Below are positions 1-12,760 of a stretch of 58,870 nt of DNA, in pieces. The position numbers and the translations under genes are program-made. Origin of the DNA: Polymyxa betae A26-41 (Eukaryota; Protista; Endomyxa: Phytomyxea); contig RBZT01000986.1 of NCBI GenBank assembly GCA_003693705.1, positions 1-58,870 on the forward strand, in the 5' to 3' direction. Positions within the stretch are counted from its first letter, which is position 1, and the number at the start of each line of letters is the position of its first letter. The notes under the pieces were generated by a model. It was given only the letters and a program-made list of their open reading frames with translations. It made no database searches and was not told the DNA's origin.

Positions 1-1282
1 GTGCGCGGTGCACTTGCTCTTAGCATCGCAATATTTTGATCTAATGTAGACCATCATGCTGGAAAGCTGAAGGGGTCTGCTGCTGTCTGATCACGATCGT
101 AGTATTTATAATTGTTTCACTGACAGAACTCCCAGTTTATTGCATCTTAACTTAGATAGACTTCGCCATATAACCAGCACAGCCAACAACATCAAGGGTT
201 TCACCATTCCACAGGAACTAGGCGAAAACAACCAGACGCCTTAAAGAACTTTCTTGTGGTTATAGCAGGGCTTTTGGTAGACCCACAAACGCCGAAGACG
301 GTCACAATAGTGCAGCTCAAGGCCGCCACCAACATCAGAACAACTGCTCTTCAAACGAACCGTAAATCACAACCATCATCCGGGCGACGAAAAAAGGGTA
401 GGAGCGGGATGAAGCCATGGCGGCATTGAGCGCCCTGCTGAACTCCGACACCGGGCATCTTCAACCGGCGACGACCCCATCAGATCCTCATAGTAGTAGT
501 TGCAGAAAGGCGGGATACCGGTCATAGGCTTTGATTGTTGAACGTCGTCAGCAATTGATATGCAAACAAAGCAGTTATGAACGGCTCCCGGAAGACAAAA
601 ACTCAACTTGTTGAACTCAGATACCAGTAAACGTCTACGGCTCTCCAACTGCTTACATAACCTGGTAACACTTCCGACACAGCCAAAATATCCACTCTGC
701 GGTCGCCAAACAAACCATTTGGTGTGTTATCTGCAGTATTACGGTCAGCGAAGAGGCATTCAACGCCTGTTGGGAAATGGCTCATACCAAACAAGACATT
801 CGAGCATCTTGAGATCCCGGTTACCCCCAGACCACAGTGGACATAAAGGCTGGCTTCGAGGTCGCCGAAACCAGCGCAATACCCAAGCAGTACGCTCTGC
901 CAAATCAACATCCAAATAAGGCAGTTTTCTTGCAAAAAAAAATATGACGAATGAATTTAAATCTGAGATCCGTTAGGCTGATGATCTTCTCGAACAAGTT
1001 TCCAATAGATTTGTTATTCTTCAGGTCAGTTGATCTTAGTTATAAGCTTATGAAATCGGCTACCAGCGTCGTAGATTGTCGTAATTTCCAATGACCTTCG
1101 CACACATTCCCGTTTATTGATGAATGCTTTCAATTAATGTGAATAGTCTTGTTGCGGTTTTGTGTGCTGTTCGAGTCATGTCGAGGGCCTAAAGGGCAGG
1201 AATTTTCTGAAATTACTCAGATTTGTGTGTTCAAAGAATCTTGGGGGACTCTAACCTGTATGCCCTGATTAGAGCACTTCAC

Positions 1283-1298
1283 ATATAATATATATATA
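1283..1298. repeat. (TA)n microsatellite
   Basis: atataatatatatatata run. Confidence 0.8.
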
Positions 1299-1386
1299 TT
1301 CACATAACCAACTATATGAGAGGCTATTCACTGTATGTCTACATACAGGTAGTGATCTGATTATATTCCTATCATAGATTGTAATA

Positions 1387-1970
1387 CAGTGAAACCTCTC
1401 CATATGGTACACCCTGTTTGCTCGAAAATAATTTCGTCTTGTACCTTTTAGAGTCGTTGTAGTTTATATGGATTACCCTAACCCTAAACCCAAAACCCTA
1501 ATCACTGTCGAGCGAATGAAGGAAGTGCTTATCGAATTACCGGTATTGTTCGTTTGCAGTAAGAGCGTTGGTCACAAATGGGAAGCATTGATCAATAGAA
1601 GTCTGTTTGCGAGAGAAGTTATTTAAATATACTTTAAATAGCTTTCAAGTTCAATAAGTCGAGTTGTTCATTGAAGAGCGGATTGGCTTTGGCAAAAGCG
1701 ATTATATCAGTTACCATCTCTTGTGCCTGAACGACCGAGATACTTTCGGTTGTTGAGATTTGTTGGCGAATGAAGGTGTAGAACTGCGTAGCAACTCCAT
1801 GGCCAAGCCCACGGTGTACTTTTTAAGTACTAAACAGACGTGTACTTTATATAGAGCTTTTTTCATTAGAATAACTAAGAAGGGGTTCGCTGATTCCAAT
1901 AAGTTTCGTACCATAAACGAAGGTGCACTCTATATGGCGGGTACTTTATACAGAGAGGGTTCTCTAATGG
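1387..1970. mobile_element. degenerate non-autonomous Tc1/mariner (pogo-like) element
   Basis: TA|CAGTGAAACCTCTCCATATGGTAC at 1385 resembles pogo-type TIRs. A degraded reverse-complement copy (gtactttatacagagagggttctctaatgg|ta) lies at ~1941-1972. No transposase ORF. Confidence 0.4.
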
Positions 1971-2095
1971 TAATCTCCGTAACATAGTTTCTCACATTGA
2001 GTCATCATAGTATGGCGTGGGCCAGCATGGATCTCCTTGAATCATGACCTTTGGTAGTCGTCATAACCTTAATTTAAGTTCAATATTTAACAAAA

Positions 2096-4250
2096 ATGTC
2101 GCCAGCAATGAGGAAGTCGAGTACGACCGACAAGCAGCCGCAGGTAGAGGGAGAGTCGCCGCGTCTACGCTCGTCTTGGCTGCGGATCCTGTCGGTCCCC
2201 AGTGTGATCGTACTGGCCGCCGTCCTAGCGTCGGTCACGTTACCACCGCCGTCGGGCTCGTATCCCGTGGAAGACGTTACCACGAGCCAGTCCAGTGATG
2301 TCGTTGATGTCCTGAAACGTATCGAGACGGCTGTAACGCCGCCTGTTGCCGACCTACAGCAACAGCAGCAGCAGGTTGATATCATCGAGTGGATGATGGA
2401 GGGCGGGGCAGTATTCCCGCACATTGAGATTCGGGAATATGCTGATGAGTATCGTGGCATTCATGTGAAGATCGATGTCGGTCCGGATACAGTCCTGGCT
2501 GAGATCCCCGATCAGTTTATTATCACATTTGATAAGTATGTAACATAAGTCTCATGTTGCTATGTGTTTAATGTTACATGCAGAGCGCGAGAGTCGGAGA
2601 TCGGTCAGCGTATCATTGCTGCCCTGCCTGAATATGATGATGTGGATATGTCTCATTATTTGATAGCGATCTATCTATCTGTAGAATATGAGAAAGGTAT
2701 TAACTCATGGTGGTGGCCATATATAAGAACTCTACCAAAAGAGTTCAGTAATATGCCACCCAATTTCACACCAGGTATCTATTATCAAACTTCTTAAATC
2801 CTTTTCAACAAAACTTATTCAATTTCCTTGAAAAAAATGTATTCACGTTTTGAAAACCCGTTAGTTGGTTAGTTTTTTCTTGTTGTTTGTTGTGAATGTT
2901 GACTCTGTTATGATTTTTTTCGGAAATTTGTCTGTTAATTGGATGAACGCGTTTAGAGGAGATCCAGCTGGCTCGTGATTCCCTCCTCGATTCAGTTGTT
3001 GATGATCGTTTTCGATCCGATTATGATCAGATCTGGTCGGTGAAATGATTACGTTACTCTCTTTGTGTTTGATTACGTTCCTGCAGTGATGCATTACCCG
3101 ATTTCTGTCAGCAATATTCGTTCGAGACCTATAAATGGGCACGTCTTGTATTACGATCGCGAGCTTTCAGCCTTGAAAGAAACGGCGCCGATCAAAGTCG
3201 GTTGATTAATGAACTTTATGAATATTTGCTGATTTTGTGACACAGCTGCTCTTCAACCATTCGTTGATTTGATCAATCATGATTTCAATAGTGTAGCATC
3301 ATGGCGTTATGATCAGGAAGGACAGCGAGGACAGATTTACACGAAGAAATCCATCAAGGCCGGCGAGACGGTCACCATCTCCTATGGAGCCAAATCTAGT
3401 CGAACGCTACTGAAAACCTACGGGTTCGTGGTCCAGCATAACCCCAATCATGAAGCGCAGCTGTACGTGCAACTCCCGGACGGTGAATCTGCTTCAGGTA
3501 GCATAACACACTCTGCACTTTTGAAAAAGTTTTTATTTTGTTGCTCATTTTTTGTAGAATTTTATTTTTTTTGTTTTCGCGCGACCCTTTCAGCTTTATT
3601 TTTTTACGAAAATTTTAAGAATCTTTTCTCGTGTTTTATTATGATTGTCGGCGTGCCTATTCGGCGTCTCGGTGATGGTCTGGCGCAGGAATGCTGGCCC
3701 GGCGCGTCGCCAAGAGCGGCAACCCGAGCACCGAGTTCTATCGTATCCAGCATATGATCACGTTGTCGACGTCCGATGACGATTTCCGCTCGGCCATGAA
3801 GCTGTGCCGGGTTTCGGTCGCCACCAGCGACGAACTCGACCAGCACGACGACTTCAACCTGCCGATATCGTTGCGAAACGAAGCCGAAGCGCTCAGGTTC
3901 GGTCTCCCTGCTGGCCCATGCGTCGGCTGTTGCTAATTTGTATGGGAAGGTATCTGCAAGAATCGATTGATACGGCGCTGTATAAGCACACGAGCACGAT
4001 TGACGATGATGAGAGATTATTAGAGACATCTCTGAGCGAGAATCAAAGGAATATCATCCTTACACGTCATAGTGAGAAATCAACGCTGATCGCATTGAAT
4101 GAGATCATTGAGGATCTGCTGGATCTCGCTCATCCATCTGTTGATCAAATCACATTCAACAAACGACGTTATCTGCACAAATATGTCGATCATCAGAAAT
4201 ATGTTCGTGGGCTCGTCGAATTACGACGATCTGCTCGTCTGGCGCAGTAG
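2096..4250 (+). CDS. SET-domain methyltransferase (Rubisco-LSMT/SETD3-like) with N-terminal signal anchor; multi-exon
   Basis: Spliced exons give RGIHVK..LAEIP, WWPYIRTLP, YKWARLVLRSRAF, PFVDLINH and ISYG..LLKTYGF (SET motifs). C-terminal TIDDDERLL..RHSEK resembles the Rubisco-substrate-binding domain. Hydrophobic ILSVPSVIVLAAVLASVTL at aa ~30-49. Confidence 0.85.
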
Positions 4251-4372
4251 TAGAAGGCACACCCAAGCTCACAATAAACTTTTAACTCTTTCATTTATTT
4301 AATCAAAAACTGCTACAAATATTTTTTCTTGCGAAAGGCGCATTGTGCAATGAGGTCGGTGTAAAGGCGGCG

Positions 4373-4984
4373 ATGTCGTTGGTGGTCAGAAATAGCCAGC
4401 GTCTGGTCCAGGTCCAGACCGCGTTGCTGCGGCGTCAGGTCGAGGCCGTACTCGACCACCTGTCGTGCCGGCAGTACGACCTGTCGATCTTGATCACTGA
4501 TAATCGCCAGATTCGGCGATATAATCGCGAGTATCGCGGCCGGGATAAACCCACCGATGTTCTATCGATTCGATTTCTGGATATTGATACGCCTGGTGTA
4601 TTACCTGATCATGGATCCGAAGGATTCTCTTCCTTTCAGGTCTGGATGGAAAATCTTTTATCTGCCTTTGCACTGATTTCGAAAATTGCATCTTTTCAAA
4701 GGAAAACACTTTAAGTTTGATGATTTTGATTCGTTTGAGGCTGATTGGTGGTTCAGGATTTAGGTGATATTGTAATAAGCGGTGAATATGTTGCAGAACA
4801 ATGTCGATCGATATCTTGGTCAATAGAAGATCGTCTGCCTTATCTATGTGTTCATGGAATCTGTCATCTTATTGGATATGATCATGAAACAGATCAAGAC
4901 TATGAATCTATGCAGAACAAAGAACGGGAGATTCTGCAAGCTCTGGCCGATCGTCACCTATTCCCCGTTGATCACATCCCATAA
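4373..4984 (+). CDS. YBEY: YbeY endoribonuclease (UPF0054); 2 exons, intron 4640-4756
   Basis: NREYRGRDKPTDVLS, DLGDIVIS and HGICHLIGYDH zinc motif. A phase-0 GT-AG intron joins the two ORFs. Confidence 0.95.
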
Positions 4985-5967
4985 TCTCTCTCTTCAGATT
5001 TGGTAGATGGATCATTTCAGAGCCTGATCATGACCGTTGCAATTTGGAGTTCGACGCAGGTCGTCAAAGATTGCTGAACCTGCAATGAATATCTCTCAAT
5101 CAGAGCCAATACAACAAGGGATATGTCGATAGAGCGTTTTGTATCTTCTCGTCATCCCTGGTCGTACTGGTTCGTTGATCTCAACATCAGAAATTCTACA
5201 ACATCATCAAATCGACACTGCTCAAATCTACTACAATGATATTTTCATTCATATGGATGAAATTCGAATACATTGGGTCAGGACGTCCGTCGTATTGTCA
5301 ATAGAGCACCCAGCCTATCAGAGAATCCATCACTGATATACAATCGTCAAACAGCTCCTTTGTAATTTGGATATTTTTGTATTGTTAATGTATCAACTCT
5401 AACAAGTGCACATCTACATCTACAGATAATAAATGATAAGGATCAATATGCTTTATTGAGTGAAATTTTTTTCTTCATGACGAACGGCGTCGGGCTGGGA
5501 GGGCTCCAGCACCGGCGGATCCGAGGATGAGCTCTCGGGCTCCGTATCTTTATCGGATGAGGGCTATCTCCTTATCCTCGAGCCCGTCTACTGTGGGTTT
5601 ACTGTTAGCTAAATAAGAATCCGGATTAGACGGAGGCCTCGGATTCAGAACTGGGTTCGTCATCTTTTAAGGGCTGATGCACAGCCGGCATCGGAAGCCT
5701 TTACTGTCATAACCAATAGCTTGTAGTAGATATTCATTTATCGTTACTAATACACTGTAATGGATAGCAAGATTTGAACCGAATCTTTGGTGGCTTCTAC
5801 AAATCGTAGTTTACACGTCGATCCTCTGTTCCATAATCCAGCTCTCCTCCTCTTCCTGCTTAATTCCTTCTTCTATCCTGTTTCTTCTGATTCTGTTCCT
5901 CCTTTCTACCCGTTACAGTTCTAGGTGTATTACAGCAACGTCGTCTTCCGACGACAATTAGGTAAAG

Positions 5968-6147
5968 AAACCCTAACCCTAATGATGTTAAATTAGACCT
6001 ACAATCTAGGATCCCTTATTGGAACCCAACACCTAAGAATCCCTTTTTGGCAGCTGCAACCGAGACTGACCTCCCGCCCTCAGCTCTCCTGTCGCCATTG
6101 TAAATAAACCCTAAACCTTAGTGATGTGAAATTGACCTCCAATCTAG
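5968..6147. repeat. ~40-bp direct repeat (5968-6009 and 6106-6147) carrying telomere-like AAACCCTAA units
   Basis: aaaccctaaccctaatgatgttaaattagacctacaatctag vs aaaccctaaaccttagtgatgtgaaattgacctccaatctag. Confidence 0.8.
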
Positions 6148-6212
6148 ATTGCCCAACCAACAATGATGGATCGACTATCGTGTAACGGACATTAGTTGGG
6201 CGAATCGATAAG

Positions 6213-7407
6213 GCGTATAGCTAAAATTCGCAGTGCGATGAGCAGAGGTGGGCTGCGCCCCGCTAACAAGAAAGTGCGCTCTCTATTTCTCATAATTTTT
6301 GTTCTCTCTCTTTCGTTTTCAATGAGATTTCCAGAATATACTTAACGCGCCGAATCGCATTTCTAACGGAACCCGCTGAGGAATCTTAGAGTCGTCGATG
6401 GTGTCATTTATCGCGAACTACACAGAACATGAACCGTTATTGTCAAAAATTTATGATAAAATGTCGAATAGGATCGCCTCTGGAATTGATGTCACAAGAA
6501 CAAGAATGAACGCGAACTGACACTTCCATATATTCAGACACAAACGAGATGGCGAGAGCTGGCCTCGGCGTCAGCTCGCGCTGGATGGTTTTGACAGCAA
6601 TGCCGAGTAGCGAGAACCTGGATAGATCCGGAATAGCTGAATAAACGTAAAATTTTATCTAACCAAAAAGAGATCGTAAATGGGCAGTCTGTTATCGGGA
6701 TCCTACAATTTTGGACGCGATTGCCCATGCGGAAGCTTGTTATAACTTATTGAAAAATATATACCAGAATGGTATATGAAATCGCTGTATGCCCAAATTT
6801 ATCCGGACTTTAATGTCGGAGGATTACTGGATATATCCTCAGTGTATATACTAATTTGCTCAAATGTTCATTTGATTTAGGAAATTCGAGGAATCAAAAA
6901 GGATTCTCTCTCGAGCTGGACATAGCGCCAATTTACAAAGCCGAATCAAGTCCGTTTTGTGAATGCGAATTATTCAAATTGAATACATCCTTTATCTACG
7001 GAAATCTACTCTTTCCTGATTCGCAGTGTCTCGTACGAGTGGAATGATCTTGATGTATCGGATCTAGAATCCACTACGGACGGAGTTCGTCCAGGACTCG
7101 ACAGTTCTCCATCAGACAAAGACGATCAAGGAAGTACAATCGACGAACGGGAAGTACAGACGTATCAACTATCGTACATTCAAAAGCTGCCACAGCCGAA
7201 TAGACATATCTCATTCGACTTCTCTGATATAAAATCTAATAGAAAAGTACTCCGTATTTGACAAACGATGGTGGGAGCCGAGCGGGACGCTGAAATACTA
7301 GATTTTGCGTGGAACGACCAGAAACAGAGGGGAAATAGAGAACGCACATTTTTGTATGGGGGCGCAGCCCACCGCTGCTCGGCGCACTGCGAATTTTAGC
7401 TAGACGC
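6213..7407. repeat. ~75-bp imperfect inverted repeat (arms 6213-6289 and 7332-7407)
   Basis: tagctaaaattcgcagtgcgatgagcagaggtgggctgcgcccc...ctctatttc closely matches the reverse complement of 7332-7407. Confidence 0.85.
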
Positions 7408-7569
7408 ATCGATAAGAGGGTGTTTTGGCGCCAATTGCTTTTCGGCCAGTTCCATTGTAAGACCACCACCTGTCGCCGCTTCTTGCCGGTACATGCTGTG
7501 GTTGGAGCCAACAACCCGTTTCGAAAGGCGTGCCATTCTTGAACCTGGTGGGTTTCCGGCTGGTTCTCG

Positions 7570-7787
7570 AATCGAAGGACAATGTCCCTGTAGACCTCGT
7601 TTCGGGTATGGAACTTGCGCATGGAGTCGGCATAGTGGCAGGGAACACGGAGCCGTTCGGGAATGCCAACCCGCGAGAGCGCCACGTACAGCTGGCCGTG
7701 TGCGAATACCTGGTCGTAGAGAAATATGCCCACCAGACCAAGGATCCTTGTGCCTTGTTGACTGTCATCGCGAACGCCGGCTTTACT
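7570..7787 (-). pseudogene. Helitron PIF1-family helicase C-terminal fragment, frameshifted
   Basis: VKPAFAMTVNKAQG followed, after a frameshift, by GIFLYDQVFAHGQLYVALSRV and TRNEVYRDIVL. These are the terminal motifs of Helitron Rep-helicases. Confidence 0.85.
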
Positions 7788-7789
7788 GC

Positions 7790-8680
7790 TTTCTGATCGT
7801 CTCTGGAAGCTTCAAGTTTGCTCTCTCCTTCATTTTCCTCATGCCCTACGTCGTCATCTGACATTCCGTCCTCATCGATGGGGGCTATCATCAAGTCTAT
7901 TCATTTCATCTTCGCCATCATTAAGATCGTCATCACTCAAATCGTCATCATTCAGAACGGTCTCAGTTTCATAATCTGAATCATTCCAGATTTCGCCCTT
8001 GATAGCTGGCTGTGGTGTTGTCATTCCTCACTATAGATCCGCTTTCAATCGCTTCAAAGGTGTCAAGTTCTGATAGATTTTCATTCTGGTCGTCCTCATG
8101 TTCTACCTGAGAGCTCTCTGGAATACAGCTCGTCATCAAGTGAGGTGTTGGGAGAAATGTTGGTGGCGTTCCAGTTTTTACGATGACCGCCGGCTTGATG
8201 TCTTGCCTTTGTCCAAACAGCTCGTCCAGGCGTTTGTAGTTAGGGCACAAGTTTCCAAACTTCTCGTCCACAGTCTTAGTACAGCCTGCTTCATCTTTCG
8301 CTGTTACTTCAAATCCGGTCTGGGACGTGACCGAAGCATGGGTGGTTTTGTACTTGACCAAGTACGATTCCCATAGATTCTTTGCCTCTTTATTTGTCCA
8401 GACTCGCTCAGGATCTTCCAGTTTTCTTTCCGTCCATTCTGCCAGGGCTTTGTACCCGTCAGCTTTTGCCCAGCCTACATCTGCTTGTTTTTCGCAGCTC
8501 CTCCTGTCAACAGCTTGAAGCTCTCTTCGACGCTCACAAAATCAACCATCATCATAAACTCAAATGATGACATTGGTTGCGAGGTGCTTTTTGACAGTTT
8601 GTTTTCCTTTTGGTGCCGTTTTCTGGCTCATTTTGGTGGGGTGATTGCTCTTCTCGATCTGTCGTGCCTTGCAAGAATTG
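7790..8680 (-). pseudogene. PIF/Harbinger-associated Myb/SANT-like accessory ORF, disrupted
   Basis: FKLLTGGA..(stop/frameshift)..DGYKALAEW..WTNKEAKNLWESYLVKYK..QTGFEVTAKD..CPNYKRLDELFGQR plus an acidic tail. The pattern is recalled from Harbinger ORF2 proteins of oomycetes and fungi. Confidence 0.6.
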
Positions 8681-8699
8681 GCTAGATGTGGTGAACACT

Positions 8700-11600
8700 G
8701 TGCTGTTATCAAAATAGAGCTATATTTCCTCGGTCTATCCCTAGATGGCGGAAGCAGCTCTCAATGCTGTGACACCAGTTAAATTTCCAACAAAAGCAGA
8801 TCAGGTGACGTATTCATGCGCTAACTTTGATACCCTCCTATTGACCTACTCCTGACCGACATTCTTCTTGTCTTGTAGATCTGTGTAAGCAGTCGATTCA
8901 TCAGCGAGTTCTATAGGCGCACAATCTGGTGAACATTCGTGCAGGAAGGCTTTCGTGCTTGTCATATGATGCGAAACATGCTGAGCCAATCAGAAAATCT
9001 TCGTTTGCCGGGAAAAAAAGTTGATGTTTGCGTGTTTTCGCTACTTCTATGGGAGAGTCGACGTAGCTCTCACATCCGGTCTTATTGACGAAGACCATAC
9101 GATAATCTGTCGGAACCTTCTGGTGAGCGAAGGTGCATTCGCCTCCTTTCGCGTGCGTCACCCATTTTTGGTTTGGAAGTATAATAAATACAAGTCCGTC
9201 AAGTTTTGTTTCGTTTTTCTTCCTTCGGCTTTTGCTGATCACGATCAGGCACTGTCGTCTTTTAAGGAGGAGCATGCTTTCGAAGGACTTTTCAGTAATT
9301 TGTCCGTCACAAGGGCATCTGGAGTAACTTCGCAAAAGTAACGTCCTTCTAGCCTCCAATCACAGCTTCAGTTGGAAGTAAGCTGAGGGATACTGCAAAC
9401 TGGCACCAGAATCTGCCGCGACCTCGAAATGCGCTATGATCGCTTTCAAAGCGATGCTGAGAAATAACTAATAGATAAGTTAAGGCTACAAACTGAAGCA
9501 ACCCGGGGATCTTGCGACAGGAAGAGACTCATCTTCTTTGGCGACATTGACGATCAGCTTCCCTTCGGATTTAATCAGAGGAAATACAGGGCAGATGCTG
9601 ACATTTCACTGTCACCAGCAGCATTGTAACCATTTGGAAGGTCTTCGTGTTTGAGGATCGACTTCTTTAGCAAAATTCCCGATGGAGGATTCCTGCAATT
9701 CTACTAAGGCTGAGAGTCTCATCAAATATCCATAAAGCGAATTTCTGGAAGCTTTTACCAATTTTGGCTTGGAAGAAGCTCCTTAAAGTTTGCACTTGAA
9801 ATTTCCTGCCTTTTAACATGCAAATGAGGCGATTCCCAAGTTCGAACAAAACCCTATTGAGGTCAGGTGTATTCCAGTATTTTTTCCTTGAGACTGAACG
9901 AGCTTTGTGCATTGAAGCACTCTAGGGCTGTCAGTACGTATCACATAACTTAGTCCGTCGGGTGCCTGTTGTCACCTCCTTCATCGTACTCGGTCAACAG
10001 CTTCACCAATCTAATAATGCCTCGCCAACGTGGCTCAGTGCAAAGGTTAGCCAAACTGGCCAAGATCGGCAGCGCACCGGCTGTTGAGACAGAGAAACCA
10101 GTACATAATCAAAGACCACTTCGACGACACCAGATCACGAAATGGGGACGCCGATTAAAATACTCAGCAATTTGGAACTTCGAAAATTCACAGAACAATG
10201 GCATGAAATGTACCCGACACCTTGTATCCCAGGCCAGTGCCTCGTATTTAAAAGTGAAAAGTATGATGACGCTCGTTATATGTATGTAAAAACAATTTTC
10301 ATCTGATCGTTGCCAGATCCGCCGTTCGACATGCATTTGATGCATACGTGGTACATGTCACCGCACGCGTTTGCAAGAAGATGGCCGTTCTGGAAGCGGG
10401 ATTGGTCCGGCTGAATTTCGCCAATCCTCTGTATCGGTTTGGGAACAAACTAAGCAATCTAAGCGCTTAGATAGCTTAGCTGGTTCCCAAACCGATACAC
10501 CTCTCTATCGTTTTAACGAGATCGTTACGATTGTTAAGGCGTTCGAACATGGGCTCACCGAAATCATCGATAAAGTTTCGCTTAAAATTTTGCACTCTAA
10601 ACCTATTCCGAGGGTCACGGAAGTTCACAGGCAGTCACCTTCGAAAAAAGTCCTTTCGATCTGGGTCGGAGCTATTCTGCTCCTTTTGGAGGGTGTTGCG
10701 TTGGCTGGATTGGATGACATGCCGAATGGATGTTTATTTCTCTAATCTGCGCTTGTTACTGCTGATAGTCGAAAGCCTTGTTTCCCTCACCTAACTCCAG
10801 CTGAAGCCTCACAAAGTAAAACTGGCGGCAAGTAACCCGATATCGACCACAGTATTTCATTTTTAACAGCTTTCAGATCTGCTAGCTGAAGCGCTATGCC
10901 AAAGCTGCATGCTGAATCTCGGATGGTGCTTTCGTGGAAACAAATACTCGTTGCTTTCAATGGTGGTCTTTGATGCCAGTGCATGATGTAATGTCATCGG
11001 TTGCTTTGGGAGTTCATAACTCTGGTCACCAACTAATCTGCTGCGTATCTTTCTGCTTCGTTATTTGCCTTCGACAAACGCATTGAATTTTCTCAGTGGC
11101 TTGGAAAGAACGCCACTTATGGCAAGAACGTTCAATTTCTGTCAGGATTGCATAGCCGTGTCGAGCTGTTGGAAACATCAGCTCAAGACCTAAAACCTTG
11201 ACTATCTATCAGCTCTACGTCGTTATATCATCCATTGCACTAACAGAACACGGAACCGGTGGAATCGATAAGACCGTTTGTCGGATGACAGATATAACCT
11301 GACTCGATCTGATCTTGACATTATCTTCGATCTTGGCGAGCCCTTCTCTGGCAAAGTGACATTGAATACCAAAGTGAAAACGGCATTATCTCGCGCCCTA
11401 ACTCAACGATGCAACAGCACATCGCAGAGGAATTTTTAACGTCGCTAAAGAAAGGTCAAATCAAACATTTTTTAACTGAGCATTTATTATTTAAATTGAA
11501 ATATTACAATTGCACGGGCGATGACGATATGGCATATATAAAGAGCACTGCCTTGTCGTTCATTTCATTATCGTCGCATCGCTTTTTTATGGTCGTTCTT

Positions 11601-11950
11601 TAAAATCATGAATGCTGTCCAACCGATCGGTAGCAATGATTTTGTCTTCACTCGATTTGGAGTTGGCTGGCAAACATGAGATTTAAGATACTCTTGCAAG
11701 GTCTCGGTGCCACACTCTATCTGGATGTCCAACTTCATGGTCTAGAGCTTTGGGAATATTATGAATTTTTCCGTAACCACGACCAAGGTAAATTCCTCCC
11801 AGAACAGAACTGTTGCATAAAGACCTGTTCATAAGGAGCAGACATTCCGAACGAGTTCTTCAAGGTTTTGGAGTAGAACCTGGTGCCAGACCAATCATGT
11901 TCCTCTTCTGATTCTGATGACCTTGCTGGAGACGCCAGCCAATACATAAT
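8700..11950. mobile_element. unassigned degenerate transposon-like sequence
   Basis: Many short broken ORFs on both strands, no coherent spliced gene, flanked by recognisable TE relics. Family not identifiable. Confidence 0.35.
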
Positions 11951-12037
11951 ATGGAAATATCATATGGTAAAATGAAAAGGTAAAATTGATTACATTCACG
12001 ACTAGGTATAGCAAGTCTACTTTGATGTTGATGTTAC

Positions 12038-12501
12038 TGTTGAAAGGGGTGGGGCCTGGTGTCTATCTCATCTCGCTGTGGAGTCGCTGATCTAGAGCTG
12101 CGAGCTGGTGTCTTCGTCCCACTCTTGGCCATCGTTACCTGGAAGGCCTACCGATGCTACAATTCGATGACCGAAACACAACTGAACTGTTTATCATAAA
12201 CAAAAGTCGATTAAAAACTACTCGGAACATTCCAAGAACGCCCCGGGCCAGTACGACCATTGCGCAATTCACGCACTCCGACTCCGTGGAACCTTCCAGG
12301 CTTGGAATCTTCTAGCAATGTCGAGTCACATTCCAACAGTTACAATTGTAATGATGAATGCAGAAAGATAATATTAGATGGATTACAAGCCCTTATATAT
12401 CACTAAGATCGGAGGTTAGCTCGGAACTCGGAGAGTTTCCGATCAACGGAATTTAGTCAGGTCCGATCCGAGGTTAGTCAAATATTGCGTATATATTGAC
12501 A
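12038..12501 (-). mobile_element. possible solo LTR
   Basis: Bounded by TGT...ACA. Minus strand has a TATATAAG box (~12392-12400). Non-coding; no target-site duplication found. Confidence 0.3.
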
Positions 12502-12542
12502 CAAAGGCGCCGCTATAGCAAAATATATCAAACAAATACAGA

Positions 12543-12760
12543 CTATGAAGAATACTGGAAGATATTACCTGGTTTTGGCAGTCTTGCCTCGAGACTGGTC
12601 AGGCGCAGCTCTATCCACTGACCATACCACCAAACATCAGAATCTGCATCATGGTCTGTCTCCATCGCCTTCTTCAGGCCATCCCTCGCTGTTTTCAGAT
12701 TGTCCTTGGCCTCGGCAATCTCATTCTTGATCCTGTACCGACATTCGACGACGACATTAC
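12543..12760 (-). pseudogene. short coiled-coil N-terminal gene relic
   Basis: MSSSNV start in one frame and IKNEIAEAKDNLKTARDGLKKAME..WIELRLTSLEARL in another. Similar in style to the relic at ~5830-5956. Confidence 0.3.

Noticed and set aside
1-950. Cys/His-containing ORFs possibly from a gag zinc knuckle or KDZ-type transposase
   Set aside because: Motifs are incomplete and conflict between strands; no family can be supported
2080-2460. Minus-strand ORF with CCCCCC run
   Set aside because: Antisense shadow of the poly-Gln codons in the SET gene
4373-4984. YbeY as a bacterial transfer or contamination
   Set aside because: Has a spliceosomal intron, and the MSLVVRN start resembles eukaryotic YBEY
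4990-5420. Possible minus-strand gene downstream of YBEY
   Set aside because: Stops in all frames tried; no consistent splicing
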